Below, piece after piece: positions 35,960-49,289 of a stretch of DNA of 52,199 bases. Below the pieces are notes generated by a model. That model did no database searches, was not told where the DNA came from, and worked only from the letters and a program-made list of their open reading frames with translations. The stretch is taken from contig NC_068986.1 in the NCBI RefSeq assembly GCF_001194135.2, positions 52,971,612 through 53,023,810 on the forward strand. The letters are read 5' to 3'. The translations under genes and the position numbers were made by a program. The DNA comes from Octopus bimaculoides. Its lineage: Eukaryota. How positions within the stretch are numbered: position 1 is the stretch's first letter; the number at the start of each line of letters is the position of its first letter.

Positions 35960-36340
35960 AACCAGTACCGAGCAAAAGAAAAGGTGTAGAAAAGGCGCGT
36001 CGGGAAATACAATATTGCTTTGCCCAAAGATTTATCTTAGACAAACGAAAGAGAAAAGTAGCCTGCCAATGTTTTGGTACGAAGAAGGCTTTCATATGTC
36101 TAGATTCTATGGGAGTGCCAACTTGCAGGTGGCAGAATGTGTGCGCCTTCAGCAATATATAGGAGCTTACATCTGTTATTTAAGATTGATAGCATAGTGA
36201 ACAAGCCCATCAACAGTGTAGTGCTGCAATACAAGAGAATGCAAGGATTATAGAGAAAAGTGTTGGTACTGACATAAATCTGTGGCTTTCACAGTAAAGT
36301 ACGAGTAGGTAGTGAGCAGAGAAGCGATACGCAAAATTAT
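35960..36340 (+). mobile_element. Possible heavily decayed R4/Dong-like fragment
   Basis: Only weak remnants (EKA..GKY, YLRQTKEK, QYKR, gcagagaagcgatac resembling the AEKWY codons at ~44024). Confidence 0.3.
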
Positions 36341-36823
36341 ATGAACGGGTAGGATCTGCATGAATCTTCTGGTTCTCTAGATCTCGAAGACTACAAGGCT
36401 ATCCTGAAGTATAAGCTATTGTAAAAACAAAAAGAGGCTCGAAGTGATGATGCAGAACAGAAGGCCTAGTAGCCATATAGGGAGTAGTAAAAGCACAAAA
36501 GAGGTAGGTGTGCCAGCAGACAGCAGCAGAGTTAAAGGGCAACAGCAAACCATAAAGTGAAAACGGCAGAGAGGAAGATATAGAAATGCACGTGCGAGCG
36601 CACATACACACACATACACACACGCACAAACACATACTTTTATAAATACATATAGAGAGATATATATGTGTGTACGTGTGTGTGTGTATATGTGTCTGTG
36701 TGTCTGTATGTCTGTGTATATGTGTGCGTGTATGCGCGCGCGTGTGTGTGTGTGTGTGTGCGTACAGGTATGTCTCTGTCGATAATAAATGTGCTCTGAA
36801 ATTTGATCCTTTCTTATTTGTCC

Positions 36824-37125
36824 TACTGCGCAGCACATTGGGAAAATGTCTTCTATTGTAGCCCTGGCCTAATTAATACCTTGTGAGTGAATTTAGCTAT
36901 TGAAAACTGTGAAGAAGCTCGTTGCATATACATATATATTCGTCTGTGCTTGTGGGCATGTTTTTGTTTGTCTTTCTTTGTATCTTTGTTCCTATATGGG
37001 ATCGCTTAGCTACGCGTGTTTGTTTGTTTATGTCCACTTAACATAGGTGTTCGGCAAAAACAGAGATCGATGTAATAAGCACCTGGTTTAAAAGAAAAAT
37101 AAATGCTGGGATCAATTTGATTCAG
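36824..37125 (+). mobile_element. SINE family B, degenerate
   Basis: actgcgcagcacattgggaaaatgtcttctattgtagccc...ccttgtgagtgaatttag...gttcggcaaaaacagagatcgat. Confidence 0.6.
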
Positions 37126-37170
37126 GCTTTGGGCCATTAATAGAAAGGATTATTGTCGTTGTTGTTCTTA

Positions 37171-37388
37171 GGCGGTGAGCTGGGTGAATCGTTACCACCA
37201 ACGATAAAATGCTACTAAGCATTTCTTTCGTCTCTTTACGTTCTAAGTTCAAATGCCTTTGATTTACCTTTCGTTCTTTCGGGGTCGACAAAATACGGGC
37301 CAGTTGATTATTGGGACGTTGTAAATGATTTTCCACTCACCTCAAAATTGCCGGACATTAGCCAAAATTAGAAAGGATTATTATTATT
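37171..37388 (+). mobile_element. SINE family A
   Basis: ggcggtgagctgggtgaatcgtt...acgttctaagttcaaat...tttcggggtcgacaaaat...gaaaggattattatt. Confidence 0.75.
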
Positions 37389-37928
37389 GTGTAAGAGAGC
37401 ATCAGTGTGACATTGAGATACAAATATACGAAGCCCAATATACCCATCAAGCCTACCCGTCTGACAAGAGTACTTCAGATACATGCATCACAACCATATA
37501 TGCGTGACATGGTCACTTCATATCTAGATCAACAGCGCATTGCCTTGCAAGTGGACTCCAGTTAGAATTTTCTTCACGTCGAGTAGACCATTCTGCTCAA
37601 AAGAACCCTGAATAAAGGTTAAGGATAATGAACGAAACACCTATATTTCCAGGGATTAATTATTCAAACTCCCAAAAATTAATCTCAGCACATGGCTATG
37701 ATTCTCTCCCATTACTCCTAATCGTGATCAGAGATGCACATATTGTCCGCCACTAAGGGACATGCTCAACTGGTTAAGGTCAAGCAACTGACAAGCAAAT
37801 CTGTAGTGTTGAGCAGAATATTTGCTGTAGCCCATCTTTTATACCAAGACAAAACATGTACAAAATAATACTTTCAATCAGTTATGATCAGAAGCGAGGA
37901 GAGCCACTGCCTGGTATTGCATCAGAGC
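37380..37928 (-). repeat. ~550-bp interspersed repeat (family F, unclassified) ending in (AAT)n
   Basis: Single copy in the window. It has a sharp compositional boundary, an (AAT)n end and an internal TATAAAA on the minus strand. Repeat status rests on my recollection of octopus repeats only. Confidence 0.45.
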
Positions 37929-38339
37929 ATTCAGTACTGCATCAACAGACGCCATGACAGTGACTCTGGGTTACAAATATGCCTTATGATGGTTTCACAA
38001 CAGAAAGGTTATTTCACCAGCCAGCCTCCTATTTAATTGGTCTTATTAACCCTGAAGTCAAACTTTAAAAAATCGAACCGATGAGACACTCTATCCATGA
38101 TCACCTAGTTCTTTTGTAAGATATTGTGTATCTAGGTCTACATTATTCAATGTGTTCTTGTCTCCTTTGTTGGTTTAGAAGGGCTGTTCATTTTTTGCTG
38201 TTGTATTTTTTTGTGTGTGACGTCGTTAATTGTTCCAGCCTTGAATAGAATCACAAATTTTATTGACGTGGATGACAATTGAAAGATACACATATTAGGT
38301 TCTCTTGTTGAAATTATTGTCGTTGTTGTTGTTGCTGTT

Positions 38340-39516
38340 ATTTTTGCAGATGTACTTTATAAATACTGTAGCTGTCATTATTTTCGTCATTTTCATTTTC
38401 ATTTTCGTTGCTGCATGACGATGACGATGGTGGTACTGATGGTGGCAGTAGTGGCGGCGGTGGAAGTGGTTATAGTGGTGGTTGTTATTGTTGGTGGCGG
38501 TGGGTGATGATGATCATCATCATTACCATGATCATGATCGTGGTGGGGGTTGATAATGGTGGTGGTGGTGGTGGTTGCTGAAACCATCCAGTCCTCTTCA
38601 TGTGAGGTGAGACAGTTGGGTTGTCGTTGCGCTGTTCCATGCAATGATCTAAATCCGGTAGCGTGCGGGGTGAACGTTGTGGGCGTACTGAAGGAGTACG
38701 AAGATTACGGCTACGAACACTACGCCAATAGATCTAGCTACGTAGGTGATGATGGTGATGAGGAGGAGGAGGGGGAACAGGCGGAGAGGAGGAGACGGAG
38801 GGGGAACAGGAGGAGGAGGAAGTGGAGGAGCAGGAACAGGAAGGAGAGGAAGAGGAGGATTGGGTTATTTTGTTTCTGTTGTTGCTGTCGTCGCTACTTT
38901 ACTTTTAAATGGTGGATCTGTTTTTTTTCTTTTGGTTTTTTATTCTCGTCTTCGTTTCGGTTGCTGCACGATGATGATGACGATGATGATGATGATGGTG
39001 ATGATGATGATGGCGACGATGGTTGTGGTGGTGGTTGTACTGGTGGTGGTGGTTGTACTGGTGGTGGTGGTAATGATGATGATTAGGATGAAGATGATGA
39101 GGATGATGATTGTGATGAGGATGAAGATGATGACGACGATGGTGACGATGGGTGATGATGCTGATGATGATTAGAAGTAGTAGTGGTGCTGCTGATGTTG
39201 ATGATGACGATGATGATGATAACATAGATGATGGTGAAGGTAATGATACTAATACTGCTAGTTATGGTGGCAAATGATATTCATCATATTTACTAAATTG
39301 ATTTCAGGTTTGTTGTCTTAGTAATCCATAATGTTGTTGTTACTACTACTGTTGTTCTTGTTCTTGTTGAGTTTATATTTGGTTGGCATAGTAATGTTTG
39401 TTCGCAACGTTCCTCAACCTTGCTTTTCTGTAGGCGTTGCTGTTGATGCTATTGCTGTGGTGTTGTGCTGTTACTGTGGTTGGTGTTGGTGTTGGTACTG
39501 ATGGTGCTACTGCCAC

Positions 39517-39548
<32 letters not shown>

Positions 39549-39570
39549 TTGCTGTTGATAGTGATTGTGG
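38340..39570. repeat. Mixed triplet low-complexity field (GGT/GAT/GGA/GCT/GTT)
   Basis: Directly visible; homopolymeric pseudo-ORFs in all frames. Confidence 0.9.
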
Positions 39571-39611
39571 TGTTACTATTCCAGTGTACTTCTATGTTAC
39601 AACCATTGATC

Positions 39612-39643
<32 letters not shown>

Positions 39644-39800
39644 NNNNNNNNNNNNNNNNNNNNNNNNNNNNNNNNNNNNNNNNNNNNNNNNNNNNNNNNN
39701 NNNNNNNNNNNNNNNNNNNNNNNNNNNNNNNNNNNTATATATACATTTCCTTCTTCTAAGTATTATTTATGCCTTCAGTGCTACCAACTTATGCTACCAA

Positions 39801-40105
39801 CTTATAGCCTAGTACTTATTCTATTGGTCTCTTTTGCCGAACCGCTAAGTTACGGGGACGTAAACACACCAGCATCGGTTGTCAAGCGATGGTGGGGGGA
39901 CAACCACAGACACACAAACACACATACATATATATATGTATACGATGGGCTTCTTTCAGTTTCCCTCATCAAAATCCACTCACAAGGATTTGGTCGGCTC
40001 GAGGCTATAGTAGAAGACACTTGCCCAAGGTGCCACACAGTGGGACTGAACCTGGACCATGTGGTTGGTAAGCAAGCTACTTACTACACAGTCACTCCTG
40101 CGCCT
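39801..40105 (-). mobile_element. SINE family B, well preserved, 3' end missing
   Basis: Minus strand: ggcgcaggagtgactgtgtagtaag...caggttcagtcccactgtgtggcaccttgggcaagtgtcttctactatagcc...gtccccgtaacttagcggttcggcaaaagag. Confidence 0.9.
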
Positions 40106-40862
40106 TGCATCGTATTTTTGTTTTTTTTTTATCTCGTTGTTGCGGAGCACAATTGTGCCAGTGTCCATTCCGCTGTCCTTATTGATCATGAACTTGGTCA
40201 GGTGATATGTAACCGCCCAGCAAATATTCCAGATTCAATTTCAGACACCAAACAATGACGTTTTTCGTTTCGTTTTCATTTTTTTCTTCTTTCGTTGCCA
40301 ACTCTTAGATTTACATTGCTGAGAAATGTCTGAATTAAATGAGATTTCCGTTAAACGTTGTGAAGACCTGGAATAATTTGCATAGGCGATGATATTTGTA
40401 ATGTCTATTGTGGAACAGAACTAGGTATTGTGAAGGCCAGAGGGTGTACATATGAATTTATTTTTAGCATTTTTGTCTCATGATGTTGATGCTTTTAGCT
40501 GACATTGTTGATTTTTAATTGCCATCGATAGTTCTGGAATTCTGCTTCGATTTTTTTTCTAGAGGAGTTGGCTCTATATAAACCCAGTTTTGCCTCTGGG
40601 AAGCGGCGGTCTGTTTTGGTCTGGCCTCTTTGATTTGACATATCCAGCATGGGCGGCCTCGCCAGAAGCTTGCGCCCTGTTAGTAAAGCTCTCAGGGTCA
40701 GGATCACTGAGACACACAAACACTACACTGCAACAAGGACTGCATATCATGGGGGGGGGTATAAGTGTGTGTGTGTGTGTGTGCATGCGTGCGTGCGAGC
40801 GTGCGTGTGTGCGTGCATGCGTGTGTGTNNNNNNNNNNTGTGTGTGTGTGTGTGTGTGTGTG

Positions 40863-40899
<37 letters not shown>

Positions 40900-40908
40900 G
40901 CTTGTTAC

Positions 40909-41133
40909 GGCTGCGAGCTGGCATAGTCGTTAGCACACCTGAATTTCATCCGTCATTAAGTCCTGAGTTCAAATATTGCCATGGTCGACCTTGCTTTTCA
41001 TCTTTTCGTAGTCGATGAATTAAGTACTAGTCGAGCGCTGATGAAATAAGTACTAGTTAAGCACAGTAATCGATTTCCTTCCTTCCTTCCTTCCTTCCTT
41101 GAAATTGCTGGCCTTGTACCAAAGTTTGAAACC
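40909..41133 (+). mobile_element. SINE family A with internal duplication and (CCTT)n expansion
   Basis: ggctgcgagctggcatagtcgttagcac...ctgagttcaaat; gatgaa(t/a)taagtactagt occurs twice; ends ggccttgtaccaaagtttgaaacc. Confidence 0.8.
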
Positions 41134-41197
41134 GCTGTTGTTGTTGTTGTTGTTGTTGTTGTGTTTGATGTTGTTTTTGTTAACTCAAGTATATAAC

Positions 41198-41311
41198 GGT
41201 AATGGATTGGCAGAATCGTTCAGCATCGAACTAAATGCCTTGTAGTATTGTTTCGGCTCTTCACGCTCTGTGTTCAAATGCCGCTAAAGTCAGTTTTGCA
41301 TTTCATCCTTA
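41198..41311 (+). mobile_element. SINE family A, 5' half
   Basis: attggcagaatcgtt...tgtgttcaaatgccgctaaagtcagttttgcatttcatcctt. Confidence 0.65.
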
Positions 41312-41545
41312 TGTGAACAATATGTAATAAAGTATTGGAGTAAATTTATAACCTGCTTCCCTCTCACAAAATGTTATCCTTGTGCTTATTTCAGAATCAG
41401 TAATTAACTGTGTGATATGCATTGAGTACTGTTTCCCGAGGTTTGTACTAAGAGAAACACCTACATGCCTATGTGTGTTTGCTTGTGAGTGTGTGTGTGG
41501 CATATATGCACACATATACATACATACCTACACACACGCACACAC

Positions 41546-41577
<32 letters not shown>

Positions 41578-41919
41578 TCTCTTGGGCATGCGCGCTCGCT
41601 CAGGCATAGTGTTTGAAGACTGAATGTTTTGGAACAATTTCAACAATATGCCCTGCTGTTTGTTATGCTTTATTTTGTTATTGTTGTTGTTGTTGTTGTT
41701 GCATTTCTTATTGTTGTTTCTATGGATAATGTTATTGGCTTCATTAATTTCTACATCTATTTTGATATAATTATTATTTATGTTTTATGCGGCTGTCTAA
41801 CCCTAACACGTCTTTGTTTATATTATGCTCGAGTGTAATAAAAGCTATTTATGATCATTATCATCATTATAATCATCATCGCCATTCTATTCTTATTCTT
41901 GCTATGATTTTTTGCTGTC

Positions 41920-41976
<57 letters not shown>

Positions 41977-42859
41977 GTTATTATTATTATTAATGTTGTT
42001 ACAAAAGCGTTGAAAGCATCAAACAAAATCTATACAATGTTTAGTTACGTCCCTTTAAGTTCGAAGCTGAAATAATGTCCCGTTCAACTTTGCTTCCTTC
42101 CTACTTTGCTACTATGAGTCGATAAATTATAGTACTGGTCAAGTATTGTAGTCGATGTTATCGACTATATCTTTTCCATCTACTAAATGCCTGGCTTTTC
42201 TCCAACGTTACAAATCATATTTGTTTCTTTTTACCTATTGTTTTAGCTCTAGAACCTGTGTGCCATAAGTAGGTGCAACGCTATACTCTGTTTTTTTTTT
42301 ACATTTGTTCTTTTCACTATTGAGTTCTAGAAGTACTATTTTTTTGTATGTGGAGCAGATTTGTAAATCTTATAGTTTTGGAACGAAGATAGAAATAAGG
42401 TGACTAATGACACAAGAACAGGCTGAGAAGATACTTTCGTTGAAAAGTTAGGCAAAGCTATCGAATATCTACATCATCTCTTGTGATATCTGACTAACGA
42501 ACGTGTGTTGTTTCATGTCTTTTACCAAACTAGAGCGTCTGCTATTTTTTTTTTTTCAGTTTTTTTTTTTTAAGAAGGAACGCATTCTACTAGTCAGGTG
42601 AACAATCTTCTGCCACCATTCTCTAGAAGCCAGGCTCGGTACGCTATGGTTGAGGAATTGCAGGACTGTACTGTTAGGCTGCTGTATTTCTAAATGTTAT
42701 TCGATAGGAAGTGTGATCACCGTTAATTAGGCACGTTTACCTATGACTCAACCTTTTTCATGGAGCTGCAGGCATAGTTCCAGCGAAAACCAAGGCAGAG
42801 AACATGGTTTATGAAATGTTGTCAGGCCTACACAATCATCAGTGACATGCTTATCGACA

Positions 42860-42965
42860 TTCGGGGTCCATAAAATAAGCACCAGTTGAGCACTGGGGTC
42901 GATGTAATCGACTTTTCACCCTTCCCCCAAAATGCTGGTCTTGTGCCACAATTTAAAATCATTAT
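42860..42965 (+). mobile_element. SINE family A, 3' half
   Basis: ttcggggtccataaaataagcaccagttgagcactggggtcgatgtaatcgactt...ggtcttgtgccacaatttaaaatcattat. Confidence 0.8.
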
Positions 42966-43009
42966 CAATGTTGTTATTGTTTATTGTTCTTGTTTATTGT
43001 ATATCGTCT

Positions 43010-43036
43010 CAAGCCTTGTGCCTTTAGTAGAAAGAA
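43010..43036 (+). mobile_element. 27-nt 5'-truncated SINE-A tail between 16-bp direct repeats
   Basis: caagccttgtgcctttagtagaaagaa flanked by ttattgtatatcgtct at 42994-43009 and 43037-43052; compare the tail at 9975-10004. Confidence 0.75.
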
Positions 43037-43729
43037 TTATTGTATATCGTCTTTCATCGCCTCTCTTTAGTTTTTTCTAACCTGTCTGTCCCAGTTCAAA
43101 TCTGTTTGTAAATCCCATGTTTAAAGTATATTGCATTTTATTGTAGCCTTCTGGCACTTGTGACTAATAAAGAAACAATTATTATTATGCATACGTTAAA
43201 ATACTCTCAGGATACAGACAGTGTTTTGTAATTATAATACTAATATTTTAAGGAAAATAACTGAACGTTATATATTCTCATACTTTCTCACCTAGATAAT
43301 AAGTGGTTAATGCCTAAGAAGTCATTGCTATTAATATTTTTGTTGTAGGTTTTGGTTCTGGTTTTGTTGGTTTTCGAGTTGTTTACTACAATTGTTGTTG
43401 CAGCTGTTAAAATATGTTTTTGAGTGAGATTTTTTTCGTTGTCGTTTGTATATCCCATGATGCTATCTCTGTTTCTGAAGTTCCATTGTTATAGAGAAAA
43501 TTTATATGTACATCTTCAAGAAAAGAAAAAAATGACAACCTTGTTAAGTAGATGCAATTTATTCTCCTAAATCAACAAAATCATGAGGTGAGCAGATCTC
43601 TATTTCAAATAATAAATACATTTTTGATAATGATAATTTCTGTTACCAAGGCAAACTAGCAATTCATTGGCAACGTTAGAGTAAAGCATCTAGTTGTTTT
43701 GTTTGTGTTTTCCCTAGTGCCTCATCACT

Positions 43730-43772
43730 ATAATGATAATAAGAATTATTATTATTATTATTATTATTATTA

Positions 43773-43811
<39 letters not shown>

Positions 43812-43949
43812 GAAGAAGAAGAAGAAGAAGAAGAAGAAGAAGAAGAAGAAGAAGAAGAAGAAGAAGAAGAAGAAGAAGAAGAGGAGGAGGAGGAGCAACA
43901 ACAACAACAACAGCAAGAAAATAACAACAAGGCAATAATAATAATAATA
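43730..43949. repeat. Compound microsatellite (ATT)(GAA)(GGA)(CAA)(ATA)
   Basis: Directly visible. Confidence 0.95.
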
Positions 43950-44480
43950 AAGTTAGCACAAAGAGAATATAAGCACAGGTAAAAGAGTGCATTGAGATGT
44001 TAGCCGAGTATGTGAATTCAAGGTAGCAGAAAAATGGCATGAAAACGTGTCAGAGTGTGTGACAGGGATTATAGGATTTTGTAGGATTTTCCCATAAAGA
44101 CTGACCATACTATTGAAGCAAGAATATCAGTTATGACTATACAGGACAAAAGACAAACAGTTAAAGATCTTTGCAATATCATACAATAGTTGAGTGGATA
44201 CTAAAAGAATGGGGGCTTATGAGAAATATCAGAACCAGGCCAAAATGGGGAAGAGATTATGAAGTACTTCGATGTCAATTGTTCGTGCGGCAATTGGTGC
44301 ACTTGGTACGAGAGCTAAACTGCTACGTAAGAGGCTGAAGGAGATTGGGTTTTGAGACTCGCATTGTCAACCTGTAGAAAAGTGTCATATGCAAAAATCC
44401 AAAGAAAGGTTCTTGAGATTTGAGGAAAGCTGTTCTCATCAAATCTCAAGACATCTCAGCTAACTAATATTATCATCTTA
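43950..44480 (+). mobile_element. 5'-truncated R4/Dong-like LINE (knuckle end and RLE endonuclease)
   Basis: KLAQREYKHR (43950), AEKWHE, DFPIKTDHTIEAR, EKYQ, AIGALG and RKVLEI* (stop at 44421-23). Confidence 0.75.
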
Positions 44481-44491
44481 TAGCTTTACTA

Positions 44492-44534
<43 letters not shown>

Positions 44535-45440
44535 TGTATATATATAAAATTGGATAAATACAGTCAACAATGGGTACGTTTAGACATATTGAATATATAT
44601 AATAATATGGATAATATAATTTTCAACATGAGGTTCACAGTTATGATTTTCAAAAGTCTTCTGGAGTCTAATATTTGATTATTTACCTTAATATAATAAC
44701 GAATATGCGATGATGTGTATATATCTAACTAAAATGTTCCCCTTTATCAGCCTCCTTAAGTTAACCAAGCTATAAAAATATCGATTAGTTAGTAATTTTA
44801 AGAATAAATAGAACCTCATCAACATGCCGAAACAAGGACACTTTGATTTTCAATCACTCTCAGTTATTTTGACTATCTGAAAATAGCTTTATTCATTGTA
44901 CATTTACATATTTACAGTCATTTAAATGGGAATATTTTGATAAATTGAAACGAAATGTATTACATAATGGGTAGAGAAAGAAACTTTAATTCGAAATTCA
45001 AAAATAATTCCAAATCTAATGTTTCTTTTTTTATATTTTTATATAAATTATCACTTTTCTTTTAAAATGCTATAGATTTGTCTGAAATCTGCGTATTTAC
45101 ATTAATAAAGGGTTTTTTGCTAGTTTTTGTGTTTTTTTTTTCTTTTTGAAAACACTGTTTTTATTCTCAAGCGCTTTTACTATTAGACATGTCAAGGTTT
45201 GGTAAACACACACAATTGGTTGTCACCCGATCTGCTGCTTACGTCAGCCGAGGTTCACATAAATCATGCGTTTCAGCAAAGTCTATATTTAACAATATAT
45301 TCGATAACAGCTTAATGCAGCTCCCTCCACATGACTTAAGGTTTCGTGGGCGCGTAGGATCCATCCATCTCAGATATTTGGAAACAGATTCACTCACATG
45401 TATGTGTGTGTATATATCTATGTATGTATAATGTGTGCAT

Positions 45441-45490
<50 letters not shown>

Positions 45491-46987
45491 GCGTGCGTGT
45501 GTGTGTGTGTACCGGCGTGTATGCTTTCATTTGGCTGCAAATATGTTATATGTTGAGTGGTTTACGTTTCAGCACCAATATAGGTGAGATGTATGTATGT
45601 ATAAATTATTGAAGTCATTAGAACATACATTATAAATATATATATATATACAAATTTATATCTTATCTGCATAGCAATAACTTGCAAAAACACCTACAAA
45701 GAGTGACTTTTGCGCTCGTGTATGCTATTTCGCACGTTTACGTAGTTAAGTATTCGTGTATGTACTTAACAAGCATACCCATAGGGAAGGAAGGGCATAC
45801 TAAATGTAATCCTAGATATACGTGTATATATTTTTTGTATATATGTAGAGATGCCTTGGAACGTGTGAGTGCTCGCTCATTTATATATTTCTATTCATGT
45901 GTGCACGCGATGTGTTACACCAGTGTTGCTGTTATTATTGTAAATTTATTCGTTATGTTTAGCACCAGGTTAGCACTGACTGCTAACATGTACATCACTT
46001 TGCTTGTGCACAATCTTGTACTTGTTCTTACTTCCGACTGTATTCTCTCGAGTCGGTTTGGGCTGGCTCTGACCAACAATTTCACCTCTCTCACGAATGT
46101 TGACCATGTCCGACGATTCCAGATTACAAATTTTGGTAATGCCTCACTGGGAGGGCAACCACGTCGAATAGCGCGGACTCCGTAGCCATAGTTGTCATAT
46201 GCTGTTCAGGTGTGGAGTTCGGAGCTTCATTGAGATTACAAATTTACACGTGGTCTCCGGTCATCACGGAACCCCATTTTGTTTTTATTCAGAAATATTG
46301 TATATAGGACTACATTATCTTGTATGTTTCTGAGACAGTAAGATAATTTTCAGAGATTTGACTGCTTTTTCTAGTAAAACACTTTAATTACATTGAGGCT
46401 TCTTCTACTGGCTGCTGCTTTTTCAAATGTTATACGCAAGCATGACTACAATTCTTCGGTATAAGTTTGTAAATAGAACGTAGCATATTTGTATATGAAT
46501 TGCCCTTCTGTGCAAATATTTAGGACTATAGCAGCACGGTATACATCTAGAGTTACATCAGAGATATGTAGATGATACGTGTGAGTGAAGGAGGGATGAT
46601 GTCGAGGCTGTATTTGTGTGCATGTGTATTTAAGGACATGTTTTGTTTTGCGAGCGTTTATATGTTTGTGTATTCTTGTCTTTATGTCGATATAGCTTCG
46701 TGTATGTATCTGTTTGTGTAAGCCCTCATTCTGCACACGAACTTGGCGTATGGCTGTGATGTTTTATATATATATACATATATATGTATATATATATANN
46801 NNNNNNNNNNNNNNNNNNNNNNNNNNNNNNNNNNNNNNNNNNNNNNNNNNNNNNNNNNNNNNNNNNNNNNNNNNNNNNNNNNNNNNNNNNNNNNNNNNNN
46901 NNNNNNNNNNNNNNNNNNNNNNNNNNNNNNNNNNNNNNNNNNNNNNNNNNNNNNNNNNNNNNNNNNNNNNNNNNNNNNNNNNNNNNN

Positions 46988-47040
<53 letters not shown>

Positions 47041-49289
47041 TAGTGTGTGCTTTCATTTGCTTACAAGAGTATACGTTTCAGCGCCGGCATAGGTGAGACG
47101 TTTCAGTGTATATGTGTGTCTAGATAAATTTGTCTTGATAAATATTTACATCCCCCTCCACTTCTGTCTCAGTGTGCATGCGTCGGTGTACGCGTATGTG
47201 TATGAAAGTGTGCCTGTCCACAAATCTGTTGGTATATATTCATGTACTTGTATAAGTATTTTCTCCATATTATTGGTATTGTATGATTTACTTTTTCAGA
47301 TCTTTTATTCTATCATAATTCTATCATGAAGAAGCGTGTCGTTACACTAAATATTTTAACTTAGTCTCTTATGTATTTACAGAGTTCTCTTGTGATTGAT
47401 GTGACTTCAGAGGCAAACTTGTGAGAATATGCTATGCTCCAGTGTACATGGAACGTGTTATTCTCTACATTTATCCGAAGTTATATGAATGTATAGATAA
47501 CTAGATAAAGATATAGAGAAAACTGTGTGCGCGCACGCATTTGTGTGTGTGTGTGTGTATGTGTGTGTTTGTTTCAGTGTGTGCGCATGTGTAATAATGA
47601 AATCAAACCGAATAGTGATATTTTCAAAATAATTAAATGCGTACGTTTGAGGTTTGCGGAAATTTACGTATCAAATGATTTCGAAATATTACTGTTAGTC
47701 AGTTAGAATTCATTATTACAACTAACACAGCTCGATGCTAATACAAACTAGCCCTCGTTGACTCCACTTACGCGGATACTCTAACAACAATTCGGAATAG
47801 TTTGTTATATTTCTCGCGAGTTGAAAATTCCGGTACCGTACACCTCTTCTTAGCGGAAAAGGAAATGTGTGTGTGTGTGTGTGTGTGTGTGAGCACGTAT
47901 ATATGTGTTCCAGTGTATGTATGAGCGAGTGTATGAATACATTTCTAGAGTCATCTCAGGAATATGCAGTTACGTATAAATCTTGGTGTCGGCATATATA
48001 GTCGTCTGTGTAGCAATATATTTTAATGGCATAGCAATGGGGAAAAAATGACAGCACCACACCCCAAACACCCTCTTTTAGGGACTCTGAAAAAGATAGA
48101 CGATAGGAAGAAAGTTACTCTCAGACAAGAAATTTGGTCCGAATGAATGGAGTAGGGTGGATTTCACTTAAAGTACCCAGGGAAATAGTGACGGTGGTGG
48201 TGGTGGTGGTGGTGGTGGCGGTGGTCTTAAATCGACAAACATATTAAATCTATCAGCTGATAACAGNNNNNNNNNNNNNNNNNNNNNNNNNNNNNNNNNN
48301 NNNNNNNNNNNNNNNNNNNNNNNNNNNNNNNNNNNNNNNNNNNNNNNNNNNNNNNNNNNNNNNNNNNNNNNNNNNNNNNNNNNNNNNNNNNNNNNNNNNN
48401 NNNNNNNNNNNNNNNNNNNNNNNNNNNNNNNNNNNNNNNNNNNNNNNNNNNNNNNNNNNNNNNNNNNNNNNNNNNNNNNNNNNNNNNNNNNNNNNNNNNN
48501 NNNNNNNNNNNNNNNNNNNNNNNNNNNNNNNNNNNNNNNNNNNNNNNNNNNNNNNNNNNNNNNNNNNNNNNNNNNNNNNNNNNNNNNNNNNNNNATATAT
48601 ATATATATACATACATACATATACATGCACACACACAAACACACATACATATTTATACGCATATATATCGGTGAGGGTATGTGTGTGTGTATTGTATGTG
48701 ATATACGTGTCAGATTTTCAATTCATATTCTTCCAGTCAGCTTGTTCTTGTATCAAATACCTCTGAGACGTTAACCGAATAAAAATAATAGTCAAGCTAT
48801 TACTAATATCGTTAATACAGGGAAAATGAATAAAAGCTAACCACAAATACTGATGTAACGAATAAAACTAATATTAGTCAATGACTAACATTAGTTTCCA
48901 TTCCCTTGCAAGTATCGGAAACAAATTTAGGCATTTTCGTTGTTTTTTTGTTTTTTTTATCTTTTCAACGAAAAATAGACATCTCTGAACGAATTACTAA
49001 ATATTTATAAATGTAAATTCTAAATTTCGTAGCAAAGAAAAATAAAATTGTGTAGAAATAAAATAATTAAAGAATGCTACCTGTATGAAAAATGTTGCGA
49101 AAGTCATTATGAATGTATATATCGATATAATGCAAAAATTACTTCCATAGAAGCAAACTAAAGTAAGAGATAGGAGATGACTCGCAAAGACAGATGCAAC
49201 TCATGTCTTCGCCATGTTCAAAGAATGAGAAGAGAACAATTTTCAAGCGTTGAAAGTCCATTTACTGTACCACTGTTATAGCAGCAAAC

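Noticed and set aside
38550-39225. Long acidic/basic/His-rich ORFs
   Set aside because: Mixed triplet microsatellite; several frames on both strands are open and homopolymeric.
45225-45260. CRE/bZIP-like TTACGTCA site as a promoter
   Set aside because: A single 8-mer is expected by chance in 52 kb and there is no supporting transcript structure.
45682-46260. 167-aa ORF and a GC-richer patch
   Set aside because: TTG start, no recognisable motif, and the antisense frame is similarly open. It cannot be supported as a CDS.
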